Origin: Leucoraja erinacea
Lineage: Eukaryota
Direction: 5' to 3'
NCBI RefSeq assembly: GCF_028641065.1
Contig: NC_073398.1
Span: 27,094,001 to 27,158,000, forward strand
DNA: 64,000 nucleotides
Shown: piece after piece, positions 50,960-63,960 of the stretch
Numbering within the stretch: the stretch's first letter is position 1
How the letters are laid out: the number at the start of each line of letters is the position of its first letter
Translations under genes and position numbers: made by a program
The notes under the pieces: generated by a model
What the model was told of the DNA's origin: nothing
The model's input: only the letters and a program-made list of their open reading frames with translations
The model's database searches: none

Positions 50960-51177
50960 AAGGCACAGCAACTTAAAGCAGGGGTTCCGACAGAATCCAG
51001 AAAACCCAGTAAATCTCTATGTGACCAACTGCAGCATAAATCCTCAGACAGCTCACAAAGCAAGAAAGTATGGTCCGGATTTTGCACCAAGCCTGAGGTA
51101 GAGGAAGTGGAACTGGCCAATGGCAAGAAGCGGAAGAAGGTGTTGCCTTTGCCATCACACCGAGGCCCCAAAATACG
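50960..51177 (+). CDS. RBM28: RBM28 exon 17
   Basis: ...[36 protein letters not shown]; NAGNAG acceptor (cagAAG). Confidence 0.9.
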
Positions 51178-52169
51178 GTATGAGATTATCCTAGGAAATG
51201 TACCACAGAATCTCACAGCACAGGAGAAGCTCAGTGAATCTGTGCCTGTAGATTGAAAGTTGTCCAATTGTTTAAATATAATTATTTTATGAAAATTCCT
51301 TCAGAATGTTCCTCTGTCATCATCTGAAGTAATGTATTGCAGACCTTAATGTTCCCATGTAGGAAACAAAATGCTTTTCCCTCGTTCCTTTCCAATTATT
51401 TAAAACCTGTGACCTATGGCTCCCTATGCAAAGATGTTTTGTAAGTTTCAATGCCTCCCATAGCCTGGGTGTGATGGGAGGTGCTGGCTGGGAAGAAGGG
51501 GCTTTTGGTTACTTCATCATGCACGTACAAAGGACAAAAGTGGGGCAGCATGCCCAAACTGGATTTTAAATATTTGTCTGCTTTATGTAGTACACACCTT
51601 GCACAATAATACTTATAAATATGTGCAAAAGCTACTCCCCTTTAAAAGAAAAGCTAACTTCCCCAAAGTTAAACACCGAACCCACCATATTTACTCACGT
51701 CCCAGGCGCTAAGGTTGTATAGAGGAGGTTCGGGGAGGATGTGGGATAAAGTGCTTTGTTGAACTGAATAACAGGACATCACCAGTGGTATGACCTGGGC
51801 GAGGTGGGTAGAAGTATCGAGTAGTTCTCAGCTCAAGTCTCTCTCATAAAACAGGTGGGGCTAAGCTCTAGTGACCTTTGTACCAAGTTAGCTGACTCCT
51901 TAGCCAGGGCCAGACCTACACCACCTGTTCCCTGTTTGAGGCCTTCACCCACACTACTTGGGCAAATTGTGGGGGTGGTATTTGTATCTTTGAACGATAC
52001 TTCACTGCTCTCCACGACCCTCTCAGCATAGGGAAGACTTGGTTCAGTGCAAATGGTCTTTCTTGAGAAGAAGTGAAAGATTGCATTAAACTGTATCATT
52101 GACCTTCCCCAATTACACAGAATGCTGGTTGGTATTAACCTGAAGGCTCTGAATATTTTCTCATTCCAG

Positions 52170-52269
52170 AAAGCGAGATAAAGGAAAGCTGCCACAACCC
52201 ATGCCCAAGAAGGTGAAAGTGCAGCCGAGTCGGGCGCAAATAGTGAAGCTGGCATCAGTTACCAAACAG
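52170..52269 (+). CDS. RBM28: RBM28 exon 18
   Basis: KRDKGKLPQPMPKKVK...TKQ; ttccAG/GTgagg. Confidence 0.88.
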
Positions 52270-53473
52270 GTGAGGATGGCTGTTAGTGGAGGTGATGGGG
52301 AGGATGGGAGATTGTGAGGGTATGAGGAGGCCTAGGTAGGGTAATGGACAGATAATATGCAAGGGCAACATGTTAACCAGGTTAAGGTGCCTGATTATTG
52401 AGTTTACTCTGCAGTTAGTCCTTTAATATCTTACTGGTAGATAGGTTGTAAAGTCATGGAGCTATCAGCACCGAAACTGGCCTTCACCCCAACTCGTACA
52501 TGCTGGCTTGGGTTGTTTAAGCTAGCCTGGCCATAGCCCTCTATACATTTCCTATCCATGTATCTGTCCAGGTTTTTGTTTAAATGACATAATTGTACCC
52601 ACCTCTACCACTTTCCCTGGCAGCATGTTCCATGTATGCATCACTCTTTGTGTGGAAAAAGTTACCCATCAGGTCTGCCATCTCATCTTAAACCTACGCC
52701 CTGGTTTATTTTATTCCCCTGCCCTGGGGAAAATGCTGTTATTCACCTCATCTTTTCCTATCATTTTATATACCTCTGTAGGGTCCAGGGAGGGAAAAAA
52801 AGTATCTATCCTCTCCTCATAACTCACAATTTCCAAATCCAGTAACATTTGCATTTGTACCCCAGAATATTGAGCTGCCAGTCCCGGTTGTTCCCCCACC
52901 TACATTTCTGTATTAGCTATAAGATCCCAGTCCCATATGCCTATCCATGCCCTGCGTTTGAGTGTGAGGTTAAATTGACTTGCTTCCTAAACCCCATCTT
53001 CCGCAAATGACTTCTGCTGGGCATGCTTCCTCCTCTTACTTTTGCTGAAGATTGTTCTTTTTCTGCTCATTCTGGCATCTGGCTCAACTCGAGCAGCTCA
53101 CAAGATGTTCTGCGAGCACTCGCATGTACAGAAGGCCTATTTTGATGATATTATTGAGATTGGAAAGGTCAGATGGTGGGGCTTCCATTTGCTTCATCCT
53201 ACTCTGACCTGAGTCTAGGACTTCGAGAGGGGAACCAAGGGGTTGCGGTAACACTTGGAAGATTGACATTTTTTACGGGGATGAAGAGAATAATCGCTAA
53301 ACCAGCAAATTCTGCTCCCTCGTCAGCACTAACTGCTTCCCTGTGCTGGCCCAGGAAGGGTGAAGCCTTTCAAAGGCCTTGGTTGAGAGCCAACCTAGGA
53401 ATCAGCATGGTTACTTACAAATCGTTTCAGTGTGCTTGTCATTTCGTTAAATTTTCTTTAAAATCTTTTGAAG

Positions 53474-53611
53474 GTTGGAAAGGCCAAGAAAAATAAACAA
53501 GACAAGGAAGAAATGAGATTTAATTCGCTGGTTGAGCAGTACAAGAAGAAGCTCTTGGGGGCATCCCCAGCCTCCTGCTCTGTGAAGAAAAGCAAATGGT
53601 TTCAGGACTAG
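53474..53611 (+). CDS. RBM28: RBM28 exon 19 (last)
   Basis: [29 protein letters not shown]...KKSKWFQD-stop. Confidence 0.92.
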   Translation, partial: VGKAKKNKQDKEEMRFNSLVEQYKKKLLGASPASCSVKKSKWFQD

Positions 53612-55242
53612 AGTGAAAGACAAGAAGCCACGGATTGAACATGGGATAGATCCAGAGTGAGACTTGAATAAGATACCCTTTAAGTACTTTGATTGTAGGA
53701 CCCCCTCAGTAACATGACTTCAGCCACATGCAGGCCATCGACATTGTATCGAGACCCTCTGGGTGTTTGTGAGAAATATCAACTGTGGTGAAGAAGCTAT
53801 TGGTTTCTGCTGAATGTTGCTGAAGACTGAAGTCTATCTGGTGGGAGGATAACAATGTGCTTGAGGCAGCTTGACACATGTGTTATGCATGTATGTTCAT
53901 CTCTGGAGCTTGCTAATTGTCATAGGTTGCCTGCACCCCTCCAACCTTCATCCATTGGATCGAGGATTGGATCAGGACGGATGTACTGGGAATTGAAACT
54001 TGGTCTCTTTAATTTATCATTGTCAACAGTTCTTCGAAGCAGAGAGAAAATAGTAAATCCCAAATGGTAAAGTTAAAATGACTATAAGAGGTTTTGTGGA
54101 AGTATGCTTTTGAATGCCTGGATAATTGTATAATGTGCCTTAGTCCCTGCTCCTGACCAGCAGTGTTCTGACACCCTAGCTCCACTGCTTTGTGGTATTT
54201 CCATAAACTGCTGGGATACTTTTAATGGAATGTCTGAACTAACGTTTAAATCTGTATAGCACTACAGTGTGTCTGGTTTGAACATAATGTGATTTGATGA
54301 GACTTTATTTCCCCCCCCCCCCCAACCACAATACTGAGAAAGGTGCTATAGTTCTCCTTGTTGCCCTTGGATGATCCAGGGAAATTAATATTCTCCTGAT
54401 TCCTGGTTCACATCTACCGCTCCTGGCTTTTGAATAATGAGAGAGGTGAATGTATTGCCATTTGCTAAACCTGCCAAACTGATGTGTGGTTGAGAAGTAT
54501 GTGACTTTTGTGAAAGGGTCCATGGAATTGTAGTGGAAGGTAAACGTGTTTGCATCATGTATGTTACCAACAAGTGACACTAGCTAGAGTTCAATCAGAC
54601 CTTGACTCTGGCTTAGGGTTGCATGGGCTCAATCTGTCTGTTCATTATATAAATATGATTGTCACTCATGGGCCAAAGGGCAACTGCAGATCTTTTAATG
54701 TGACTATGGTTTAAATGTACAAATTCATTTTGTGTACGTTATATTTTTACATCTTAGTTGAACTTATTACAGTAATGTTTAGTGCTGATGTTTTTGCTGA
54801 TGACAATGTGTGGTGAGATAAACAATTTGAGTCTCCCTTTCACGAACAACCTTGGCTTCTTCCACTTATGCCAACTCTGCACTCAATAATTCCAGTACTC
54901 TCCCACTCTTCAGCATTTCTTCTCGTCTACCTTGCAGCTTGCCCATCTCTTGTGTTTTCCTCCTGCTGTGTTCTTCTGATTGCTTGCCTGTGATATCTCT
55001 GAGAGCACGGTGAGTTTTTAATGTGAAAATTGTACTTTGGTCTGTTTTATTTGTTGACTCCTTGGCTTATATTCAAAAGTACTTTTACCCCCTGTAACAA
55101 ACAATTTGAAAATTTAAGTCGGGTTACTCAGATGTTTTCTAACCCCAAATGGATTTATTTCAGTGTAAAACTTAAAATTGAAGAGGCTGGCTTTATCTTA
55201 AATGTTTGACGTGTGATTGTAGCACCTGATATGAGTATAAAT

Positions 55243-55566
55243 GGATGGCACAGTGGAGCAACTGGTGGAGCTGTTGCCTCACAGCACCAGTGACCCGGGT
55301 TCGATCCTGACCTTGGGTAGTGTCTGTGCAGAGCTCACACATTCGCCCTTTGACCACGTGGTTTTCCTCTATGTACTCCAGTTTCCTTCTACATCCAAAA
55401 GACACGTGGGTTTGCCGATTAATTAGCCTCTGTATATTTCCCCTAGTGTGTAGGGAGTGGAGAAAGTGGATAATATAGAACTAGTGTGAATGGGTGAGTG
55501 ATGGTCGGTGCGGACTTGGTGGGCTGAAGGGCCCGTTTCCACAATGTATCTCTAAACTAAACTAAA
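55243..55566 (+). mobile_element. HE1/V-SINE-like SINE; other copies at 38888-38972, 40090-40315 and 50185-50417 on the minus strand
   Basis: Box B ggttcgatcc, central domain and ctaaactaaac tail. Confidence 0.83.
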
Positions 55567-56334
55567 TGCAATACCAGGAATGCTCATAAGAGCAAAAGAT
55601 AAATGAAAAGAGCCACCCTGTCCAACTCATCCATGCAAAAATAAAGTTTCTTACGGCTCCCAATGCATTATATTCCATTTGCCACTGCACACATTGGTTC
55701 AAACTCCTACTGCTTGGATTCTCTCCAAACCCACTTCATCTGAGGTTAACATTACTTAATGATTTCCCAAATTCAGCAAACTCCAGATCACGTGCAGTAT
55801 CCCGTGTAATTGATCCTTAATACTTTCCATTCAACAGGATAATCCCATAGTCCCAGCAATTTGGGAGCTATCTTGTTGCCTAAAAACACAGTCCAGTTGG
55901 ATTTTTAATGTCAGGGCACTATTTGAGAAGCAGCATTCATTCCTCCCAAATGATACAGCAATGATGCCAAGCGTTAATGATCTAATCAGAAGGTTCAATC
56001 AGCAGTGAAGATGCTGATTAAATCTCTTCGAATTCACTATTGCTAATTTTTTCCGATGTGGATGTACTTGTCCTTGCCATTTTTCAATTAATCTGAAACT
56101 TCTAAATGACAGAAACAAAGGATTTTTTTCAGAATATAGATTGACTTTCCAAGCTGCCCTTTCCAAAAATCCTTAGACACACAGCAAAACCATAGTTCAC
56201 TTCACCCTTTACTGTTATCTTTCCGTCTGTCTCAAACCTTACAAACTTCTCACTGCTCACCTTAATTGTTACGCTTATAACTGATCATCTAAGGTCTTCG
56301 TCTCGCTATCGACTCTGCCCAACTGTCCCTTGTA

Positions 56335-58521
56335 CAATGCCCTCCATAATGTTTGGAACAACGACCCATCATTTATTTATTGGCCTCTGTACTCCACAAT
56401 TTGAGATTTGTAATAACAAAAACCACACGTGGTTAAAGTGCACATTGTCAGATGTTATTAAAGGCAATTTTTATACATTTTGGTTTCACCATGTAGAAAT
56501 TACAGCTGTGTTTATACATAGTCCCCCCATTTCAGGGCATCATAATGTTTGGGACACAGCAATTTCATGTCAATGAAAGTAGTCATGTTCAGTATTTATT
56601 GCATATCCTTTGCATGCAATGACTGCTTGAAGTCTGTGATTCATGGACATCACCAGTTGCTGGGTGTCTTCTCTAGTGATGCTCTGCCGATGCTCTGCCA
56701 GGACTGTATTGCAGCCATCTTTAGCTTATGCTTGTTTTGGGGGCAAGTCCCCTTCAATTTTCTCTTCAGCATATAAAAGGCATGCTCAATTGGGCTCAGA
56801 GCGGGTGATTGACTTGGCCTTTAGCTTTGATAAACTCCTTTGTTGCTTTAGCAGTATGTTTGGGATCATTGTCTTGCTGTGGAATGAACTGCTGGCCAAT
56901 GAGTTTTGAGACATTTGTTTGAACTTGAGCAGATAGGATGTGTCTGTACACTTCAGAATTCATTATGCTACTATCATCCACAGTTGTATCATCAATGAAG
57001 ATTAGTGAGCCAGTACCTTCAACAGTCATACATGCCAAGGCCATAACACCCCCACCACAATGTTTCACAGATGAGGTGGTATGCTTTGGATCTTGGGCAG
57101 TTCCTTCTCTCCTCCAACTGGGACCAACCTCGAGGCTCCGGAGGCAGAGCCAGGACTTACCAACGCGAGGCTGGCCTACTTCGGGGCTGAGGCGGCATTC
57201 CGGCTTTCGGCGGCGACCCGACTTCAGAGGTTCGGCCGGTGGACGACATCGTCGGGAGCTCGCAGGTCACAGGTTGGTGACCTGTTTTTCCGGAGCTCCA
57301 GCAACAACAGCTTCATCCGCTGGACTGGAGGGTGGCAGCTTCAGCAGCTTCGACCACCCCGGGCCGCGGAGTTTGATCCGGCCCGTTCGCGGACACTTGC
57401 TTCACCATCACCCGGCGGTGTCACAACATCCGAAGCCTGGATCGCCTCAGCGCAGAAGGAGAGCAAAGAGGGAAGATACAAAGACTTTAAGACTTTTGCC
57501 TTCCATCACAGTGAGAAGATGGGGGCTGGTGAACAAAGTCAAACTGCGGTGGATGTTAAATTTGTGTTTATTGTGTGTTTTGTTATTTTTATTATATGTA
57601 TTACTGCAAGGCAACAAAATTTCGTACAGACCGAAAGGTCTGAATGACAATAAAGGATACTTTGACTTTGACTTAAAATACTTTGCTGTTGCCATCACTC
57701 TGATATAAATTTATCTTCGTCTCATCTGTCCACAAGACCTTTTTCCAGAACTGTGTTCGCTCTTTTAAGTACTTCTTGGCAAACTGTAACCCGGCCATCC
57801 TATTTTTGCGGCTAACCAGTGGTTTGCATCTTGCAGAGCAGCCTCTGTATTTCTGTTCATCAACTCTTCTGCGGACAGTGGTCATTGACAAATCCACTTC
57901 TGAAGAGTGGTGCTGATCCGTGGGACAGGTGTTTGGGGGTTTTCTTTTATTACATTGCGAATTCTTCTGTCATCAGCTGTGGAGGTCTTCCTTGGCCTGC
58001 CAGTCCCTTTGCGATTAGTAAGCTCACCAGTGTTCTCTTTCTTCTTAATGATGTTCTAAACAGTTGATTTTTATAAGCCGAAGGTTTGGCTGATGTCTCT
58101 AACTGTTTTATTCTTGTTTCTCAGTCTCATAATGGCTTCTCTGACTTTCATTGGCACAACTTTGGTCCTCATGTTGACAAACGGCAATAAAACTTTCCAA
58201 AGGTGATGGAAAGACTAGGTGCTGAGAGCTCTCTTATACATGCATTAAGGAGGCAATTAAACACACCTGAGCAATTATAAACGCCTATGAAGCCATGTGT
58301 CCCAAACATGATGGTGCTCTGAAATGGAGAGACTATATATAAACACAGCTGTAATTTCTACATGGTGAAACGAAAATGTATAAAAATGGCCTGTAATAAC
58401 ATCTGACAATGTGCACTTTTTAACCACGTGTGGTTTTTGTTATTACAAATCTCAAATTGTGGAGTACAGAGGCAAATAAATAAATGATGGGTCTTTGTCC
58501 CAATCATTATAGAGGGCACTG
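56335..58521 (-). mobile_element. Tc1/mariner transposon (IR/DR type), defective transposase
   Basis: TA TSDs at 56333-56334 and 58522-58523; ~225-bp TIRs; transposase remnants from ATG 58172: TGRPRKTSTADDRRI, ARCKPLVS, WKKVLWTDETKINL, VKHCGGGVM, QQDNDPKHTAK; in-frame stops and a nested insertion. Confidence 0.92.
57117..57674 (+). mobile_element. GC-rich non-autonomous retroposon inserted in the Tc1 transposase
   Basis: Interrupts the DGNSKV|...GTAQDPKH segment; ends in gacaataaagg plus (actttg)n; shares motifs with 43555-44360. Confidence 0.7.
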
Positions 58522-61500
58522 TATAACCTTTTCTGGATAATCTCTTCCTTAAATCTCAACCATACAGATTAACTCTTTAAGCTAAGTGGGAAAAGAACCA
58601 GAGGGAGATAAGTTTTTTTTTTCACACAACTGGAAAAGGTAGAGAAGGATTTCAAATAACTAAAAAGGGGAATTTGATAATTGGGAAAACAAATATAGAG
58701 CTCCAGGGTAAGTGATATTTCTTTCAATGACCCATGCAGACACAATGGCCTATATGGTGACCTTGTCTTATTTCATTATTTTTAATCATCCAACTCATTT
58801 GATCTTGTGACTAGACTAAAATCCCATACTCTTATCTCATTACAAGTTATTCAACTGATATTTAAAAAGGAAGGTGACATAATCTAGTAATTTATGACAC
58901 TTTCAAAGTACCTGTACTTATTAGCTATAAAGTATATTGGGACATCTGAAAACAATGAAAGATGTTTTATAAATATACATCGATTCTTGGTTTGTGATTG
59001 CAAAGATATTAACTTCCCAGGATTGGCCTCTCAGGAAGGCTGGGATGGTAAGGTCCAAAATGGTATGTGGTATGTGGCATGTCGGGATTAACAAGGGCAT
59101 AAGAAGGGATTAACATTTGCCCGGAACTGACAATCTGTGGGTTAAAAGAGAGCAGCCAGAAAAGTTCTGAAAGATTGCATGCAAGAACAATACCGATAAT
59201 TAAACTGAGGTTTCTAACGTTGCTTCAACACCCTACAGGGTGGTAAGTTGGAGCCACTCCCGTGGCAGCTGGATCCTGTGATGCACCTTTCTCGCTAACC
59301 GCAGGAGGACACACCTTTGCTGCTAATCAAGCATTTCAAAACATATTAATTTCATGATGTGGCTTATTTACTTCCCACCTACACCATTGAGGGCTCCTCA
59401 CGCAGCCACTAACGAATTAATTCATTGTAGTTGCACCTATATGAGTGATGTGATGGTTATTAAATTACTTAATTGAGACAGCTTCCCTAAAAAGTGAATG
59501 CGCCCTTCTTGCGTAAGACATGGACCCAGCCTGTATTTACTTTGGCCTGAATTTTGAAATTGAAATTGTCAGAATCCTGCCCCAGGAACATGCTTTCACT
59601 TTTTAACAGTTGCTTGAGCCTGCTAGCAAAGGCACCACAACTGGCCACTATGCTTCGGGGCTGGGAGGGAGACTTAATAGAACAATAGAACAGGATCCCA
59701 GGATTCCAATGAAAGTGCAGGCATCTCTGTGGAAAGCACTTTGGGGTGTCTTTCTTCATAAGTGATGACCAACAAGCCTACAAAAAGCTCAGTAAAAGTT
59801 GTTCCATCTTTTAGGATATTCTGACAATGATATCATTTGGATGGAATTGGGGTTTAAAGGTGTAGATAGAGATAAATCAACAACATGAACATAATTAAAG
59901 CAGCGAATGTGATTTTCAAATGCATCTCAATCTGGTTTATTGCATTGTCAGCATCCATTCCTCCCAATAATGCATCAATGATGTCAAGGTCTGATCGTAA
60001 TGTTCTTCCTATGAAGATTCTGATTAAATCTCTCTCTGATGAATTTACCATTAATCATTTTCCACTGGTGGATGTGCTTGGGCTTTCCACTTTGTAATTC
60101 TAAATTATTAAAACAAAGGATTTTTAGAAAGAAATGATCTTTCCAAGTGTTAAATACTGCTCCTTGCTAAAAAACTTGTAGACAAGATGAGGTCATTGTT
60201 CTTCACCCGTTATTCTGTAATCTTTCTCTCACATAATGTTACAACTCGCCTTAATGATTACTACTAACTTTTTACATGAACTCTTTGACCCTTTTTCCTC
60301 TTCTACCCGACTGTCACTTTCAAGATAACCTTTTCCTAATAACTTTTTATCTCCCTCAAGTTTCAACCAGGTTTTGTGCTTGAGGTGCTCTTCAGAACTT
60401 TGAGTGGATTGTTTCAGTCAACAGTGGAAGTTCAGCTATTGTTGCTCCGCCACATTCAGCTAATCCATTAACTCAAGATCTCATCTTTCCTCTTTGGGTT
60501 CCCTCGAATATTTGCAGAAGCGTTGGGGAGCCCCCCTGATGTCCCACCAATATTTGTCTCTCACTACTGGCATACGTGCTGGTGGACCTTATTTGCAAAT
60601 CATTTTTTTTGGTATTCCAACGTTGCATGCGAGTGCACTTCTTTATTGGTTGTAACATGTTTTGGGATGTCAGGAGGTCATGAAAGTTCGTTGGTAAGTA
60701 AGTACAAGTTCTTACTACACCAACTATGTTTCACTCATTCCGCCCTTAGTCTCCCCTGACGTTCCCAGCTCTTCAAAATTTGAACATTCTTCATACATTG
60801 CTCTCATGCTTGGGAAAATTCTAAATCCTCTAATTATTAATACTCAAGCTTGGCCTTTCTGAACAATACTTCCTTTATGGTATTTTGACTTGTTTGGGGT
60901 AATTTACATGGGATGCTCTTCAGTATGTTTTAGCTGTATATGGGGCGTTGGTTTGCCGTGTGTACTGAGATAAAGGGGAAAGATTTCATTTTGCGTGCTA
61001 TCCAGGCACATCGCCATATGGGTGAGTACATCAGGTAGTGCAAAAGAGAAAATAAACAGTGCAAAACAGAGCGTTAAAGCTATAGAGCAAATGCTGCATG
61101 AAGTAGAGATGGAATCGATGGCAAGAGGCTGGTGTGCTTGATGGACTGGGGTCCGATCACAACCCTGCAGTTGCTTGAAGTGTTCAATGGTTCAATGGGT
61201 CTTTATTGTCACGTTGGACAGATCAGAGCAGTTGCCATATCAAGCTGTGAGGTATCCGGATTCGATTATTTCTACGTGATTCTGCCCAACTATGCTTAGC
61301 TTGTTATAACATGCAAGCCTTGCCACAATCAATGGATGTCTGTGTGGTTATTCTGGGATCTAGCTTAGTCTAGAATGATCTCTTGGCCATGATGGCTTTG
61401 TGAAGGTCATACCTTCATTTTCTGCACAGGTCGGGATCACTAAAAATGAGAGTGCCTCAGACTTGGTCTTCGCTTGGGAATGGATTTCACAGGTTATCAA

Positions 61501-63349
61501 TTATATTTTGTTGTGGAACACACAGATTGAGCTGTTTGGCAGGCAGACCTCCGCACAGGTACTGATGAGCTCTGCGATGCCAGTGGTGTACTGTTCTCGG
61601 TTAGATTGTCCGCTGAGCCCTTGAATGTGGAACAGAGCACTGACTCGGACAATGACGTAGGAACTCACCTGTTTCCTCAGTCCAGCACTATGCCATTTTC
61701 TGCACCAGATCCTCTCACTTCATTTCCTGAGGATCTGGTGCTGAAAATTACAATGCATATCCCAATTTGGACGCCCATGCATTATGATTTCATCATGAGG
61801 CCCCTTACAAACTATTGTGGATGCTTACAACTTGCCATGAGTTTGTAATAAATTGTCAGCTTTGTTTAAGTGAGAGATAGTTTATAGCTTAGAATTTATT
61901 GAAAGAGACAAACTGCAATCTCCAAATTATATTTTGAAAGAAAAAAATGTATCTAAGCTATGCTCCGCCTCTATAAGAGACTATTCCTTACCTGCTTCAT
62001 GAAACAGTATAGGGACCACACCTCACCTTGTAATGTTCCATTAGCAGTTTTGAGGGCATTTTTTACTTGATTTGTACTGTCACTGCCCCGCACGTATTTG
62101 TTGGGATTGATTAGACACTACATTGCTCTTCATCTCACCTGCCCAGAGTGTGTCTGATGGAAATATGTAGCAGGACCTTTACTCCGCATATAACTTGTGC
62201 TGTGGGAGGGTTTTATGTTGCTGTTGGATGCAGAGAGCAGGAAAATATTTCCATTTACTCAGGGTAACAGCCCTCATCTTGAACGGATTCCAATTCTCAT
62301 TATTTTGCCGTATCCTTGGATACCGATGTAAGCACATTTCCAACCCCCACCCTCCAGGCTGAGCAACAGCAGAGTTTTTAAAACTCATCAGTCAGTCACT
62401 GTGTCGACGTCAAGCTGGGTATTTTAAAGGACCTTTGGTTTGCAAGTGCAAGCATCTAAAACCAGTGACTAAGGTGGACAGAAACAGGTCAAAGAGCTGT
62501 GTAACCTGCAATGTGAATGCTCACGGTTTATTGATGATTCATGGACCCAAACCTCTGGTCCGTGATGCAGAAGATCAAACATAAGTGATGTTGTGCCAGT
62601 GGTGAAGGATATTCCTCCCGCAGGCAAATATTTTCAGAGTTATGCTCGTCTCTGAGACAAACTCCAATGGCTGGAGGCCAGCAAGCACAGGAAAAATTAA
62701 ATTGCTGTGAATTTTAACTGGTTGCTCTCCAAAACATTGAGGTCAAAGTCTTGTTTGACTGCATGTCTCCTGAGGAAGCTGTGTTTCTTGTTAAAGAAAT
62801 CATTCATGTATGCTTGGCTGGTATCCTCCCCCCCCCCCCCCTGTTTCTATAACAACTTCATGCCCCACTATCCAAAGAGTCCTATATAATCTTTATACAC
62901 CTTTATTTTAATCAGTCCTTCGCTAGTAACTCTGCCGCCAAACCGTCTGGAATTCTCTCAGTAAACACTTGACTCTTTGCACCTCTGTTCTGTCTAGATA
63001 CTCCCCAAAGCCTTATTCGCAAATGTTTTGGACACTTGTTCCAACATCTCCTTGTGCGATTTACATTGACAATGCTCCTTGGAATATTTTATGGATGTCA
63101 TATAAGTCCAGGCCAATTTTCAAGAATGCCTACATTGGGTGACAATTAAACACTCTTATCATTTTGTCCCATGACCTGTATAATCAAATGATTATTTGCT
63201 TTTGTTTGTTTTACATAAACGTTCCATAAACTGAATAATTCTAACAATATCCACCGGATTATGTTTCTATCGGTCTCTATGTTTCTAGACGCTAAAAGAC
63301 TTACCCGAGCATCTGGGTACTACTTCTAAAATTGCAAACCAGGTTCAGT

Positions 63350-63442
63350 CTGAAGAAGGGTTGCGGCCCGAAACGTTGCCTATTTCCTGCGCTCCATAGA
63401 TGCTGCTGCACCCGCTGAGTTTCTCCAGCATTTTTGTGTACC
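63350..63442 (+). mobile_element. Hairpin-family single arm with intact hammerhead-like core
   Basis: CTGAAGA-A-GGGT-tgcg-GCCC-GAAAC-GTT at 63350-63377; ttcagt is duplicated on both sides. Confidence 0.72.
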
Positions 63443-63890
63443 TTCAGTATGACAGCAGGTCTGAGAAATAGAAAACTATGAATAAGAGCAGATAGTTTAG
63501 TCCTTGGAGTCTTTCCTTCCATTTAGGCATTTGACTGCATCTGCTGCTATTTTCAAAAGCAAAGTTTCCTACCCTCACAAAAGAAATGCCCATCTCTGAT
63601 CTTTTCGGTTGCATCTCTAAGTCCTAAATTCCCAACCAGCAGAAATAGTTTCTCCCTGACTACATTGTTATCCCTAACACTTTCAAAAATATCACTAAAT
63701 GCCATTCATCTTCCTAAATTCCAGGCAATAAACCTCTAGTTTGGGTCTTTGCACTTAAGAAGTAAGCTGTGAAACGAAATATGGTAAACCCACATGCGTT
63801 CTTACCGGGGCCAATGCATGCTAAGTAATGAGGCTGAAATCTCCATGGAATTCCAGATGTGCTCTAACCAGCGGTTGGCATAGATATCAG

Positions 63891-63960
63891 CTGAAGAAGG
63901 GTTTCGGCCCGAAACGTTGCCTATTTCCTTCGCTCATAGTTGCATGAGTTTCTCTCTTTT
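63891..63960 (+). mobile_element. Hairpin-family arm with hammerhead-like core
   Basis: CTGAAGA-A-GGGT-ttcg-GCCC-GAAAC-GTT at 63891-63918. Confidence 0.6.

Larger units (their letters stand above)
24549..53611 (+). other. RBM28: Whole gene: RNA-binding protein 28 (nucleolar, 4 RRMs), 19 coding exons, 748 aa
   Basis: 19 GT-AG exons join into a 2247-nt ORF with four RRMs, an acidic linker and the C-terminal KWF motif. Confidence 0.96.

Noticed and set aside
51833-52255. 140-aa antisense ORF overlapping RBM28 exon 18
   Set aside because: No recognisable domain; partly a shadow of the sense exon.
53612-55650. RBM28 poly(A) site
   Set aside because: The first canonical AATAAA I found is at 55640, after a SINE and without a clear GU-rich element; the 3' end cannot be placed.
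56938-57708. 256-aa and 188-aa plus-strand ORFs
   Set aside because: They span the antisense Tc1 and the GC-rich insert; stop-poor because of GC content, with no protein similarity.
59487-60097. Short ORFs considered as leptin exons or a C/D snoRNA (ATGATGT..CTGA..ATGAAGA..CTGA)
   Set aside because: No leptin motifs or Cys pattern; box spacing leaves no guide; better explained as an old repeat relic.
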